The notes under the pieces were generated by a model. It saw nothing but the letters and a program-made list of their open reading frames with translations, made no database searches and had not been told where the DNA came from. A stretch of 64,000 nt of DNA from Jiulongibacter sp. (GTDB lineage Bacteria; Bacteroidota; Bacteroidia; Cytophagales; Spirosomataceae), in assembly GCA_965249455.1 (NCBI GenBank), contig OZ252236.1:102161-166160 (forward strand), written 5' to 3'. Made by a program: the position numbers and the translations under genes. Positions within the stretch are counted from its first letter, which is position 1, and the number at the start of each line of letters is the position of its first letter. This document shows, piece by piece, positions 1 through 9,905 of the stretch.

Positions 1-910
1 ACTGGCGATTGAAATTTGAAAGGTTTCGATAACCTGATTGCAATGAAATTTCAATGATGCTCATATCAGTTTCTTGCAGGAGTTTGCTGGCATTTTCCAA
101 ACGCATTTCACTGATATATTCTACAATCGTCTTTTTAGTTTTGTTTTTGAAGTATCTGCACAATGCCGATTTTGACATTGCCACTTCTTTAGACAGCACA
201 TCCAACTGTATTTCCTCTCTGAAGTTCTTTGCTATGTAACCAATTATCAAATTAAGACGCTTAGAGTCTTTCTGATTATGACCTTTAATAGGCTCATTAG
301 ATAAAAACTCATATTCCTGACTTTTAGACATTAAGTGCAAAAGCTCTAACAGTCCTAAAAACCGATACATTGCATCATTCTCCAGCATCTGAAGCATTAT
401 CTTTCTTGCCTTTTCTCTGGTAGCCCCATGAAAAGTAATTCCTCTAGACGACTGAATTAATAAATTCTCAATACTTTCCATTTCTGCCAAAGAAAAAAGG
501 TTTTCACCAAAACCATCATGTAAGAAATGAATAACCACCGAAGAAGGCTTCTCTGTAGCATCGGGTTCATAGCATCGGTCATCTGCTCTAAACCAATGGG
601 GCAAATTCTTACCTATCAAGGCCACATCTCCCTTTTCGTAGGCCGAAAAATGATTACCAACAAACTTTTTACCATAGCCTCCGTCACACAGAACTATTTC
701 AATTTCTTCGTGATGATGCCAGGGTGACTCAAAATAAGGTGTGGTAAACCTATCGACTACAAAGGATGAGCCGGGCTTAAGTGGCAACTTCTGAAGTAAT
801 GGCTTTTTAATCAATATAGTATTGCTTTTATAGTCCACAGATGAAGAATATGTAAAATTACAAATAGATATTTGTAATATACTGACTATGAAAACGAAAT
901 AAATTGCCAT
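1..910 (-). CDS. AraC family transcriptional regulator (cupin sensor domain plus HTH), C-terminus runs off the window start
   Basis: I translated the minus strand by hand. It reads MAIYFVF...VVDRFTTPYFESPWHHHEEIEIVLCDGGYGKKFVGNHFSAYEKGDVALIGKNLPHWF (cupin), then ...LNLIIGYIAKNFREEIQLDVLSKEVAMSKSALCRYFKNKTKKTIVEYISEMRLENASKLLQETDMSIIEISLQSGYRNLSNFNRQ (AraC HTH_18). It is absent from the ORF track because it is truncated by the window edge. The start codon may lie internal to 910. Confidence 0.6.
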   Translation of the reverse strand, partial: MAIYFVFIVSILQISICNFTYSSSVDYKSNTILIKKPLLQKLPLKPGSSFVVDRFTTPYFESPWHHHEEIEIVLCDGGYGKKFVGNHFSAYEKGDVALIGKNLPHWFRADDRCYEPDATEKPSSVVIHFLHDGFGENLFSLAEMESIENLLIQSSRGITFHGATREKARKIMLQMLENDAMYRFLGLLELLHLMSKSQEYEFLSNEPIKGHNQKDSKRLNLIIGYIAKNFREEIQLDVLSKEVAMSKSALCRYFKNKTKKTIVEYISEMRLENASKLLQETDMSIIEISLQSGYRNLSNFNRQ

Positions 911-955
911 ATCAGTACTTTATTACCTAAACTATACCTTACAAACCCTATTAAT

Positions 956-1741
956 TTGAATTCTACAAAAGACAGAGTCGTGGTCATAGTAGGCGGTACC
1001 GCGGGTATTGGCCTTTCTGCTGCTTTGGCATTGAAAGAGCAAGGAGCCTCCCTGGCTATATTTGGCAGAGATGATGATTTCTTCACCCAAGCTACCGCTC
1101 TTTTGGGGCCAGAAACCCTATTGATAAAAGGTGACGCCTCTGCTCAAAATGAGATAGAAAGCTTCTTTAATAGTGTAATAAATCGCTTCGGCAAAATAAA
1201 CGCACTGTACCATGTAGCAGGGGGAAGTGGAAGGCGTTTTGGCGACGGCCCTCTTCATGAGTTAAGTCTGGAGGGCTGGAACAAAACCTTCGAAATGAAC
1301 CTGACCTCTCTTATGCTCTCAAATCAGATGGCTGTTAAACAATTTCTAAAGCAACAAAGCGGCGGACAAATTCTTAACCTTGCCTCTGTATTAGCTTATT
1401 CACCAAGTCCTCATTTTTTCTCGACACACGCCTATGCCGCTGCCAAATCTGCAGTTATAGGTTTTTCGAAATCTTTGGCTGCATATTATGCGAAAGACAA
1501 TATCACAATAAACGTCCTGGCACCCGGATTGGTAGAAACACCTATGGCTCAGCGTGCAGCACAAGACCCAACAATCATACGTTTCATCCAATCTAAACAA
1601 CCTCTTGATGGTGGCAGAATAGCTTATTCTGAAGACCTTAGCCAAGCGGCTATCTATTTTTTAACCTCTGCTTCTTCCTTTGTAACGGGTCAGGTTCTGG
1701 CTGTAGATGGAGGTTGGAGTGTCACCGAAGGACAACTATAA
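956..1741 (+). CDS. SDR family NAD(P)-dependent oxidoreductase
   Basis: It carries the GGTAGIGLSAA glycine-rich motif and a YAAAK catalytic dyad, with a length typical of the SDR fold. It uses a TTG start and is divergent from the AraC gene. Confidence 0.8.
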   Translation: MNSTKDRVVVIVGGTAGIGLSAALALKEQGASLAIFGRDDDFFTQATALLGPETLLIKGDASAQNEIESFFNSVINRFGKINALYHVAGGSGRRFGDGPLHELSLEGWNKTFEMNLTSLMLSNQMAVKQFLKQQSGGQILNLASVLAYSPSPHFFSTHAYAAAKSAVIGFSKSLAAYYAKDNITINVLAPGLVETPMAQRAAQDPTIIRFIQSKQPLDGGRIAYSEDLSQAAIYFLTSASSFVTGQVLAVDGGWSVTEGQL

Positions 1742-1746
1742 CAGCT

Positions 1747-2637
1747 ATGAGTGATTTTGCGATAGGCATAGATCTGGGGGGCACCAATATCAAAGGGGTG
1801 TTAATGAAAGATGATGGACATATCATTGAAAGTTATCAGCTCAAAACCTGTGAAGACCCTAATGGTGAATGGAAACAAAATGTGATTGGCGTGCTGGATC
1901 ATTTAAAATCAAAGTCGCCCGTGCTGATAAAAAGAGTAGGACTTTCTGCTCCAGGTTTGGCAAATTCTGACAATTCTAAAATAGCTCATTTACCAGACAG
2001 GTTACCGGGTCTCGAGAATTTTCTTTGGGCAGAATATCTGCAAACGCCAACACTTATAATAAACGACGCACATGCAGCTTTGATGGCTGAGCACCAGTTT
2101 GGCGTTTTACAAGACTTTCAGAATGCCTTATTAATCACCTTGGGTACTGGTGTAGGTGGTGGAATATTAATAAACGGACAGCTACATCAGGGAATGAGTC
2201 AAATGGCCGGTCATCTAGGTCATATGGGCTTAAGTATTCATGAAGACGAAACCAGTATTCTAGGTATGCCAGGAAGCCTTGAATATGCCATAGGCAATTA
2301 TTCGGTGCATAAGAGATCGCACGGGAGATTTAAAAACACCTATGAGCTGGTAGAGGCATTTGAAAGAGGCGAGCATTGGGCCACCCTACTCTGGCTGGAG
2401 TCTGTCAGAAAATTAAGCTTGGGCATGGTTTCTTTAATCAATATCCTCTCGCCGGAAGCCATTGCCCTCTCTGGTGGTATTACCATGGCTGGAAACGCAT
2501 TGCTAAAACCTTTGTCAGAATATCTTGAAATTTTTGAATTCAAACCAAAAGATAAAACCACTAAAGTATTCCTGGCTAAATACGGTGAAATGTCCGGAGC
2601 CATAGGTGCTGCCGCTTTTGCCATGAAAAACATTTAG
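1747..2637 (+). CDS. ROK family sugar kinase
   Basis: It has an IGIDLGGTNIKGVL N-terminal ATPase motif and ROK-like length. The ATG at 1747 overlaps the SDR stop. Confidence 0.75.
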   Translation: MSDFAIGIDLGGTNIKGVLMKDDGHIIESYQLKTCEDPNGEWKQNVIGVLDHLKSKSPVLIKRVGLSAPGLANSDNSKIAHLPDRLPGLENFLWAEYLQTPTLIINDAHAALMAEHQFGVLQDFQNALLITLGTGVGGGILINGQLHQGMSQMAGHLGHMGLSIHEDETSILGMPGSLEYAIGNYSVHKRSHGRFKNTYELVEAFERGEHWATLLWLESVRKLSLGMVSLINILSPEAIALSGGITMAGNALLKPLSEYLEIFEFKPKDKTTKVFLAKYGEMSGAIGAAAFAMKNI

Positions 2638-2648
2638 AACAAACTAAA

Positions 2649-3458
2649 ATGAGCTATACACAAACATATTTAAAAAAATGTGCAGAATTGATAGAAACGG
2701 TTTCTGCCCAGGAAAGTACGATAAAAGAGGTAGCCACACTATTTGCGAAGACCATCTTAAATAAAAGAATGGTACACGTTTTTGGCAGTGGACACAGCCG
2801 AATCATGGTTGAAGAAATGTGGCCGAGGTATGGCTCTTTCCCGGGCTTTAACCCAATTGTGGAGCTGTCTCTCACTTTTCATAATCTGGTAGTAGGTGCA
2901 AACGGACAAAGGCAAGCCATGTTTCTGGAAAATGTACCGGGACTCGCCGCTCAAATACAAAGGAACTTTGACCTTTCAGAATTAGACTCGGCCCTGATTA
3001 TCTCCTCTTCCGGTTGCAACATTGCTCCCATAGAAATGGCTGAGCTATTTCAAAAGAAAGGGATTAAAACCGTAGGGCTGATCTCAAAAAAACACTCTGA
3101 GGTTAGTGTCAGTAAAAAGTCAGACGGGAAAAAACTTCAGGATTTTTGCGATATCATTTTAGACTCAGGTGCTCCGGTAGGTGATGCCATGGTAAAAATT
3201 GAAGGCTTAGAAACCCCTGTATCTCCGGGTTCTACCATTGGCTCATGTATGATCATTAACAGCATAAAAGCCGAGCTCGCCGCACTACTGACAGAAGCCG
3301 GGCATCCACCTAAAGTACTCACAGCCGGGGTGGTGATAGGTACAGAAAAAGCTACAGAGTTATTCCAGTCAGCCTATGATGAGCATGCTCACAGGCTGGC
3401 TGGCCTTTATGGAAAAGTAGGAATTGAAAGTTATGTTTCACAAGAAATTATAGAATAG
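2649..3458 (+). CDS. SIS (sugar isomerase) domain protein, UPF0309-like
   Basis: It shows the VHVFGSGHS motif and a SIS-type phosphosugar-binding fold. It is tightly packed within the operon. Confidence 0.6.
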   Translation: MSYTQTYLKKCAELIETVSAQESTIKEVATLFAKTILNKRMVHVFGSGHSRIMVEEMWPRYGSFPGFNPIVELSLTFHNLVVGANGQRQAMFLENVPGLAAQIQRNFDLSELDSALIISSSGCNIAPIEMAELFQKKGIKTVGLISKKHSEVSVSKKSDGKKLQDFCDIILDSGAPVGDAMVKIEGLETPVSPGSTIGSCMIINSIKAELAALLTEAGHPPKVLTAGVVIGTEKATELFQSAYDEHAHRLAGLYGKVGIESYVSQEIIE

Positions 3459-3461
3459 ATT

Positions 3462-4655
3462 ATGGCTAATGTTTGCATATTAGGTGGAGGGTTTATCGGC
3501 CGGTTCTATGCAGAATCGTTAATTGGAAGAAGAAGCAAAGACTCTGTAACAGTGGTCTATTCACGAAGTGAGGACACTGTTAACAGATTCGCAAAAGACT
3601 ATAAAGTTGGAAACGTTTACACAGATATGGAGTCGGCGGTGCTTGATCCCGCGGCAGAAATAGTCATTATAGCCTTGCCAAATTATCTCCACGAAGAGGC
3701 CGTCATGCTATGTGTAAAACATAAAAAGGCCGTTCTATGTACCAAGCCTCTAGGCCGTACAGCCCAGGAAGCTCTAAGAATGATGGAAGCTTGTGAAAAA
3801 GCAGGTATTTTCTCCGGCTATCTTGAAGACCTCTGCTACACTCCCAAGTTCCTGAAGTCTTTAAAATCTGTCAAAGATGGGACCATTGGGCGAGTGCTTT
3901 GGGCAAAATCAAGAGAAACACATCCCGGTCCACACGCCGAGTGGTTTTGGGATTTAGAAGCTGCAGGAGGTGGAGCCATTGTTGACATGGGCTGTCACTG
4001 CATTGAAATCAGCAGAAATTTCATTGGAAAAGACATTAAGCCTATAGAGGTCATGTGCTGGGCAGATACACAGGTAAAACCCATTGAGGCTGAGGATCAT
4101 GCCATAGGCTTAGTCAAATATGAAAATGGGGCCATAGGGCAATTTGAAGTAAGCTGGACTTTTAGAGGTGGGATGGATTTGAGAGACGAAGTCATGGGTT
4201 CTGAAGGTACCATATGGGTCAACTCCTGGCTTAGAACTGGTTTTGAGATGTTTACCTCTGGTGAAGGTAATGGCGGATACCTTGTAGAAAAGTCTGAATC
4301 TGACAATGGCTGGCAGTTTCCTGTGGGTGACGAAGCTCATGAACTGGGCTATACCAATATGTTCATTGATATGTTCACAGCCTATGAAGAAGGCACCGCT
4401 CCTCAGGAAAGTTTTTACGACGGCTACGTAGTAAATGCCGTCATCGATGCTGCTTACAAATCAGCAAAAACCAAACAATGGGAGCCTATTGACCTGAAAG
4501 TTTGGAGAGGAAAAGAAGGGGTAACGAAACCCTCTGTTTTTCAGGAGTATGACGCTGACCATTGGTTCATAAAAAATGAAACTTTACCCAATGGAGATAA
4601 GGTCACCATTGTGAAAGACAAAGTAACTGGAAAGACGAAGAAAATTACCAATTGA
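3462..4655 (+). CDS. Gfo/Idh/MocA family oxidoreductase
   Basis: The N-terminal Rossmann motif CILGGGFIGRFYAESL and the 397-aa length fit this family. Confidence 0.8.
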   Translation: MANVCILGGGFIGRFYAESLIGRRSKDSVTVVYSRSEDTVNRFAKDYKVGNVYTDMESAVLDPAAEIVIIALPNYLHEEAVMLCVKHKKAVLCTKPLGRTAQEALRMMEACEKAGIFSGYLEDLCYTPKFLKSLKSVKDGTIGRVLWAKSRETHPGPHAEWFWDLEAAGGGAIVDMGCHCIEISRNFIGKDIKPIEVMCWADTQVKPIEAEDHAIGLVKYENGAIGQFEVSWTFRGGMDLRDEVMGSEGTIWVNSWLRTGFEMFTSGEGNGGYLVEKSESDNGWQFPVGDEAHELGYTNMFIDMFTAYEEGTAPQESFYDGYVVNAVIDAAYKSAKTKQWEPIDLKVWRGKEGVTKPSVFQEYDADHWFIKNETLPNGDKVTIVKDKVTGKTKKITN

Positions 4656-4659
4656 TATT

Positions 4660-5679
4660 ATGCATCAAATACCCATTAAAACCACAGTTGTCGGCTCCTA
4701 TCCCTTCCCGGGATGGCTGGAGTTCGGCTCCGCAAACCTAGATAAGTTTGGTCCCTCAGATATCAGCGAAATGATAGAGGACGCTGTAGTGTGTGCCATT
4801 CATGACCAAACAGAAGCCGGACTCGATGTGATCACTGATGGCGAACAAACCCGTCTGGACTTCAATCTTTCATTTTATGGCTATATCAAAGGTATACAGG
4901 CCAATCATGCGGAAACCCGTATTTTCGGCCCACCGGCTCATGATCAGCGTGGAAAGCATACCATAATTGAACCCCTAACCGCACCCAAGGGCCTGGGCGT
5001 TGTAGAGGAGTATAATCGACTGAAAAGGCTGGCCCCTAAGGGCAAAATCCTTAAGGCCTCCATACCTGGCCCCTATACCCTCTCTGGCAGAATGCTGCCT
5101 GGCGAAGTATATAAAGACCGATGGGATATTACCGAAGCTATCCTTCCCATGGTTAAAAAAGAACTTGAAGATCTGGTAGCTGCCGGGGCAGAAGAAATCT
5201 GTATAGATGAACCTTCTATGAGCTGCTACTCCTATAAAGAAGACACCAAAAGGTTCGTAGATATTTTCAATAGAACCGTGGAGAGCATTCAGGGCAAAAC
5301 CAGGATTGGAACTCATTTATGTTTTGGTAACTATAAAGGCCGTTCAGTTGGTAAAAAGACCATCGCTCCGATGCTTCCTGATTTTCTTGACATGCATGCT
5401 GATGAACTACACACCGAAATGTGCGTCTTAAATTTTGCTGAAGTACATCTATTAGAAAGGTTTGCGGAGAAAATGGACGTAACCGTAGGGGTAATTGATG
5501 TCAAAAGCTATTATATCGAGACCGTTGAAGATGTAAAAGAACGGATACAGCGATGCTTAAAATATGTTCCTAAAGATAAGTTGGCAGTAGCTCCTGATTG
5601 TGGTCTTTCTCAAACAGCCCGCTGGGCCAGCAAGAGGAAACTGAGTAATATGTGTACTGCCGCCAAAGAACTGAGATAA
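4660..5679 (+). CDS. cobalamin-independent methionine synthase (MetE C-terminal-like)/UROD-superfamily protein
   Basis: It has the TTVVGSYPFPGWLE N-terminal motif plus H/C/E/C residues (HLCFGNY, APDCGL) characteristic of the MetE-like zinc site. Confidence 0.6.
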   Translation: MHQIPIKTTVVGSYPFPGWLEFGSANLDKFGPSDISEMIEDAVVCAIHDQTEAGLDVITDGEQTRLDFNLSFYGYIKGIQANHAETRIFGPPAHDQRGKHTIIEPLTAPKGLGVVEEYNRLKRLAPKGKILKASIPGPYTLSGRMLPGEVYKDRWDITEAILPMVKKELEDLVAAGAEEICIDEPSMSCYSYKEDTKRFVDIFNRTVESIQGKTRIGTHLCFGNYKGRSVGKKTIAPMLPDFLDMHADELHTEMCVLNFAEVHLLERFAEKMDVTVGVIDVKSYYIETVEDVKERIQRCLKYVPKDKLAVAPDCGLSQTARWASKRKLSNMCTAAKELR

Positions 5680-5681
5680 TC

Positions 5682-6518
5682 ATGATAAAGGCAGTACAAA
5701 AAGATAAGGATCTCATAAAAGATATTGAGAATTTCTCTGACCACAACGGTTTTAAGGTTTGGTGGCTGGGCCAAAGTGGCTTTCTAATTAAATATCAGAA
5801 CGAGTGCCTTCTTTTTGACCCTTATTTGTCTGATTCATTAACCATCAAATACGCTTCTACAGAAAAACCTCATGTCAGAATGAGTGAGAAGGTTGTTGAC
5901 CCAAACTTACTAACCATGGTGGATGTGGTTACCTCCAGCCATAATCACACAGATCACCTCGACAAAGAGACACTCAATGCTCTTTTTGAGGCAAACCCTC
6001 AGGCCAAATTCATTATCCCGAGAGCAAACGCTCAGTTTGTTGTGGATAGGCTGGATTGTGCCCAGGAATTTCCCATAGGATTAGCTGATGGCGAATCCGT
6101 GAAACTGGGTAAGTTTAGAATTACAGGGCTTCCGGCAGCACACAACGAGCTGGCTGTAAACGATAGAGGCGAACACCATTTTATGAGTTATCTTGTCAGC
6201 TTTGGTAAATATACCGTTTACCATAGTGGTGATACCCTCTGGTATCACGATCTGGCCGAAAGGCTCTCGAAACAACAAATTGATATTGCCTTTCTTCCAA
6301 TAAATGGCAACAAACCAGAAAGAAAAGTTGCCGGGAATTTGTCTGCCGAAGAAGCCGCTAAACTAGGCAAAGAAGCAGGCATTAAGTGTGTGATCCCGCA
6401 TCATTACCACCTATTTGAGTTTAATACCGAAGACCCTGAGAACTTTGTTGATTTTTGTGAAATGTATAGCACACCGTATCAAATTTTAAAACTCGGAGAA
6501 GCTTATTTTTATCAATAA
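5682..6518 (+). CDS. MBL-fold metallo-hydrolase
   Basis: It carries the HNHTDHLD metal-binding motif. I chose the internal ATG at 5682, which lies just after the upstream stop. Confidence 0.7.
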   Translation: MIKAVQKDKDLIKDIENFSDHNGFKVWWLGQSGFLIKYQNECLLFDPYLSDSLTIKYASTEKPHVRMSEKVVDPNLLTMVDVVTSSHNHTDHLDKETLNALFEANPQAKFIIPRANAQFVVDRLDCAQEFPIGLADGESVKLGKFRITGLPAAHNELAVNDRGEHHFMSYLVSFGKYTVYHSGDTLWYHDLAERLSKQQIDIAFLPINGNKPERKVAGNLSAEEAAKLGKEAGIKCVIPHHYHLFEFNTEDPENFVDFCEMYSTPYQILKLGEAYFYQ

Positions 6519-6519
6519 T

Positions 6520-7422
6520 ATGGAAAGAAGAGATTTTTTAACCACCGTTCCTGCATTGGCAGCTCTGAGTTCTTTCAAAAGCTTGAGATCGGAGTTGCCT
6601 ATTTCATGCAATACCTACAATTGGGTAACCTTTTACAGAAGAGCAGGTATTGAATGGGGAAAAGACATTTCTTCAGACATTATTGAGTTTTCAAAATGCG
6701 GCATTTCGGCCATAGAGCCAAATATAGAGAGTGTAGCAATGGGTCGTGCTTTAATTCCCATTCTGAAAGCCAATAACATTCAGATGCCTTCGGTGTACGT
6801 CAATAGTGTGCTCCATGAAAAAGCAGAAGTGGAGAAATCGATTGATTTGATTTTGGATATAGCTAAACTAATTAAACCTTTTGGCACTAAAATTCTGGTA
6901 ACAAACCCCAGCCCAATTCAATGGGGAGGGAAAGAAATCAAGACTGATGCTCAATTAAGTATTCAGGCAGAGGCTCTTAACCGTCTTGGTGCAAAATTAA
7001 AAGAAATGGGTATTACACTTGCTTACCATACACACGATATGGAAATGCTGGCAGGAGCCAGAGAATTTCATCATATGCTTCAGAATACCGAGTCAAAAAA
7101 CATGTCATTTTGTTTTGACCTTCACTGGATATATCGTGGTTCTCAAAACTCCGAATTAGCTGTTTTTGATGTTTTAAAAATGTATGCCGACAGAATAGTA
7201 GAATTGCACTTGAGACAATCTAAACAGGGTGTTTGGCAGGAGACCTTTAGTGCCACCGGAGATATAGACTATACCCGGGTAGCGAATGAACTTGCAAAAA
7301 GAGATATTCATCCTCATTTGGTGATAGAGCAATGCATTGAGAAAGATACCCCTCAAAAACTGGATGTGATTTCTGCTCATAAAGAAGACCATCAAGAAGT
7401 AAAACGAATTTTTAATAACTAA
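6520..7422 (+). CDS. Tat-exported sugar phosphate isomerase/epimerase (xylose-isomerase-like TIM barrel)
   Basis: The N-terminus has a twin-arginine signal (RRDFLTTVPALAALSSF). The rest resembles the TIM-barrel AP-endonuclease 2/xylose isomerase family. Confidence 0.7.
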   Translation: MERRDFLTTVPALAALSSFKSLRSELPISCNTYNWVTFYRRAGIEWGKDISSDIIEFSKCGISAIEPNIESVAMGRALIPILKANNIQMPSVYVNSVLHEKAEVEKSIDLILDIAKLIKPFGTKILVTNPSPIQWGGKEIKTDAQLSIQAEALNRLGAKLKEMGITLAYHTHDMEMLAGAREFHHMLQNTESKNMSFCFDLHWIYRGSQNSELAVFDVLKMYADRIVELHLRQSKQGVWQETFSATGDIDYTRVANELAKRDIHPHLVIEQCIEKDTPQKLDVISAHKEDHQEVKRIFNN

Positions 7423-7466
7423 GATTTTCAACTCCGCTTTGCTGCGGCAATAAACCTGATACTCCT

Positions 7467-8219
7467 ATGAACTTTACTCTGAAAGACGTTTCCAAAATGA
7501 TAGATCACTCTTTGCTTCATCCTACCATGACCGATGATGATCTTAGAAAAGGCTGTGCAGACGCTATAAAATATGATGTGGCAGCCGTATGTATTAAACC
7601 CTATTTTGTAAAAGAAACAGCAGAAATTCTGGCTGGTACAGACGTAAAGGTATGTAGTGTCATTGGTTTCCCACATGGCAATGGAACCATCCAAGCCAAA
7701 GTCTACGAAACCCGACTGGCCTGTAAAGATGGAGCTACTGAAATAGATATGGTGGTTAATGCTGGTAAAGTATTAGGTGAAGATTGGCGTTATGTAAAAA
7801 AAGAAATAAATGCGATCAACAAAGAATGCCTAAAGCATGGAGCTATTTTAAAAGTGATTTTTGAAAATGATTTTATTACTCAGGATAAACACAAAATTAA
7901 GCTGTGTAAAATCTGCAGTATTGTAGGAGTAGCCTTCATAAAAACCTCCACTGGTTATGGGTATGTAAAACTTCCTTCAGGAGATTATAATTACAAAGGA
8001 GCTACAGAACACGATCTTATTTTAATGAGAAAACACGCTGCTCCCGAGGTTCAGATTAAAGCAGCCGGAGGAGTCAGAACCCTTGACGGCCTGTTGAGAG
8101 TCAAAGAGCTGGGTTGTACCAGACTGGGGGCGTCTGCCACAGCAAGCATTATGGCCGAAGCCCGAGAAAGATTAGGGCTGTCACACGAGAAAGTAACCTC
8201 AAAACCAGATGGATATTAA
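7467..8219 (+). CDS. deoC: deoxyribose-phosphate aldolase family (class I aldolase, DeoC-like)
   Basis: It contains the IKTSTGY Schiff-base lysine region and IKAAGGVRT, and its length is DeoC-like. Confidence 0.75.
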   Translation: MNFTLKDVSKMIDHSLLHPTMTDDDLRKGCADAIKYDVAAVCIKPYFVKETAEILAGTDVKVCSVIGFPHGNGTIQAKVYETRLACKDGATEIDMVVNAGKVLGEDWRYVKKEINAINKECLKHGAILKVIFENDFITQDKHKIKLCKICSIVGVAFIKTSTGYGYVKLPSGDYNYKGATEHDLILMRKHAAPEVQIKAAGGVRTLDGLLRVKELGCTRLGASATASIMAEARERLGLSHEKVTSKPDGY

Positions 8220-8279
8220 TACTTTCAGGCCTTAAAAAACTCTAGCTTTGCACTCTCGATAGTATTGCATATTAAATAG

Positions 8280-9419
8280 ATGTCAAAAAGCAGGTGGGCT
8301 GTTTCCTCTTATTTTTTTATCAATGGCCTTGTTTATGGAAACTGGACCTCCCGATTGCCTGAAATACAAGCATTTTTTGGTGTCAGCAACAAAATTTTAG
8401 GTACCATTCTCCTCTTTATTGCAGTGGGAGCCATTATTTCCATGCCATTTACAGGCTGGTTAAATCACAGGGTACCCGGCGATAAAATAACAAAGGTTAC
8501 CGGTTATGTTTTTTGCTTACTTATACCATTTCTGGTGCTAAGCAATAACACCATAGTTGTCATGTTGGTTTTCCTTCTATTCGGGGTGGTAAACGGAGCC
8601 ATGGATGTGGCCATGAATGGACAGGCTGTTTATGTAGAAAGAGCTTATAATAAACCAATCATGTCATCTTTCCATGCTTTGTTTAGTGTAGGTATGGCGG
8701 CAGGAGCCGGTGTCAGTGCTGTCTTAACCAAAACAGGCTTATCGCTCAATGTTCATTTCACTTTTTTAGCCTTATTCTCCTTTATGTTACTACTCTTTGC
8801 TTCGAGATATTTAGTGAAAGAAGAGATGGAGGCAGGCAGCACTGAAGAAACACATTTTAAATGGCCGACTAAAGCCATTTTACCGTTAGGGTTAATTGCT
8901 TTTTGTAGTATGACGGGCGAAGGCTCCATGGCTGACTGGTCAGCCATTTACATCACAAAAGAGCTAAAAGAATCTGAGTTTTTTGGTGCTTTGGCCATAG
9001 GCATTTTTAGTAGCACCATGACCATTGGAAGAATATTCGGAGACTACATAACCGCCAAAATAGGGAAGCAAACTCTTTTAATAGCAGACAGCCTTTTGGC
9101 CATTTTCGGGTTACTTCTTGTACTATTCTCCGGCCAAATCATCTTAACACTCATAGGTCTGGGCATAGTAGGATTAGGACTTTCTACTGTGGTACCCATC
9201 ATTTATGGCATGGCAGGCAATGCACCTGGAGTAAAACCTAGTGTGGGCATAGCAATGGCCACCACGGTAGGTTATGCCGGTTTTTTTGTGGGACCTCCGG
9301 TCATAGGGTTTCTTTCAGACAGCTTTAACCTTAAGGTAGGTCTGTCATTCAGTCTCTTTTTGTTTGTCTTAATGCTGGCCATCATTTTTAAGGCAAATCC
9401 AGGTAATAAACATGGATAA
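8280..9419 (+). CDS. MFS transporter
   Basis: It is a polytopic hydrophobic protein of 379 aa with 12 predicted TM segments and is the terminal gene of the operon. Confidence 0.75.
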   Translation: MSKSRWAVSSYFFINGLVYGNWTSRLPEIQAFFGVSNKILGTILLFIAVGAIISMPFTGWLNHRVPGDKITKVTGYVFCLLIPFLVLSNNTIVVMLVFLLFGVVNGAMDVAMNGQAVYVERAYNKPIMSSFHALFSVGMAAGAGVSAVLTKTGLSLNVHFTFLALFSFMLLLFASRYLVKEEMEAGSTEETHFKWPTKAILPLGLIAFCSMTGEGSMADWSAIYITKELKESEFFGALAIGIFSSTMTIGRIFGDYITAKIGKQTLLIADSLLAIFGLLLVLFSGQIILTLIGLGIVGLGLSTVVPIIYGMAGNAPGVKPSVGIAMATTVGYAGFFVGPPVIGFLSDSFNLKVGLSFSLFLFVLMLAIIFKANPGNKHG

Positions 9420-9575
9420 TCCAAATTCAATAAAGAACTGTAGGCATCCAAAACTATTTCAAGTGCTGACCGATTATGAAGAATTCTTTCAAATCGCCGA
9501 AATGAAGCTCAAAAATGATTTCTTTACCTATGTAAATGCATGTCTATCCTGCTTTGCCAAAATTGCAGAAAAAAC

Positions 9576-9905
9576 ATGTACACAATCATACTACTACTTC
9601 AGGCCCAACCTAACTGGCTAAAGCTCTCCAGAACTGAAAGAAATACTATAAGTGGGGAAAGCTTTCTAAGCCTTTTAGAAAAATTTAAGGAACACATGAG
9701 TTTTGAATATCATGATTCAGAAGCTTTTCATGCCACCTTTTCTGATTTTCTTCTGATAAAAGCTGCGGACTTACAGAAGTATTATTTCTTCATAGAGGCT
9801 TTGCGGGATTCCGCCCTGCTATCAGAACCTTATTTTGAATTAAAAGAAGTAGTTATTGGAATACCTGACGGATATAAAATATACGAAAACCATGCAGACT
9901 ACTAA
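9576..9905 (+). CDS. darcynin family protein (DUF of about 100 aa)
   Basis: MYTIILLLQAQPNWLKLSRTERN...FEYHDSEAFHATFSDFLLIKAADLQKYYFFIEALRDS...EPYFEL matches my recollection of the darcynin family signature. I chose the internal ATG at 9576. Confidence 0.55.
   Translation: MYTIILLLQAQPNWLKLSRTERNTISGESFLSLLEKFKEHMSFEYHDSEAFHATFSDFLLIKAADLQKYYFFIEALRDSALLSEPYFELKEVVIGIPDGYKIYENHADY

Noticed and set aside
9412-9621. 69-aa ORF between the MFS gene and darcynin.
   Set aside because: It has no domain or RBS context and overlaps the darcynin upstream region. It is probably non-coding.
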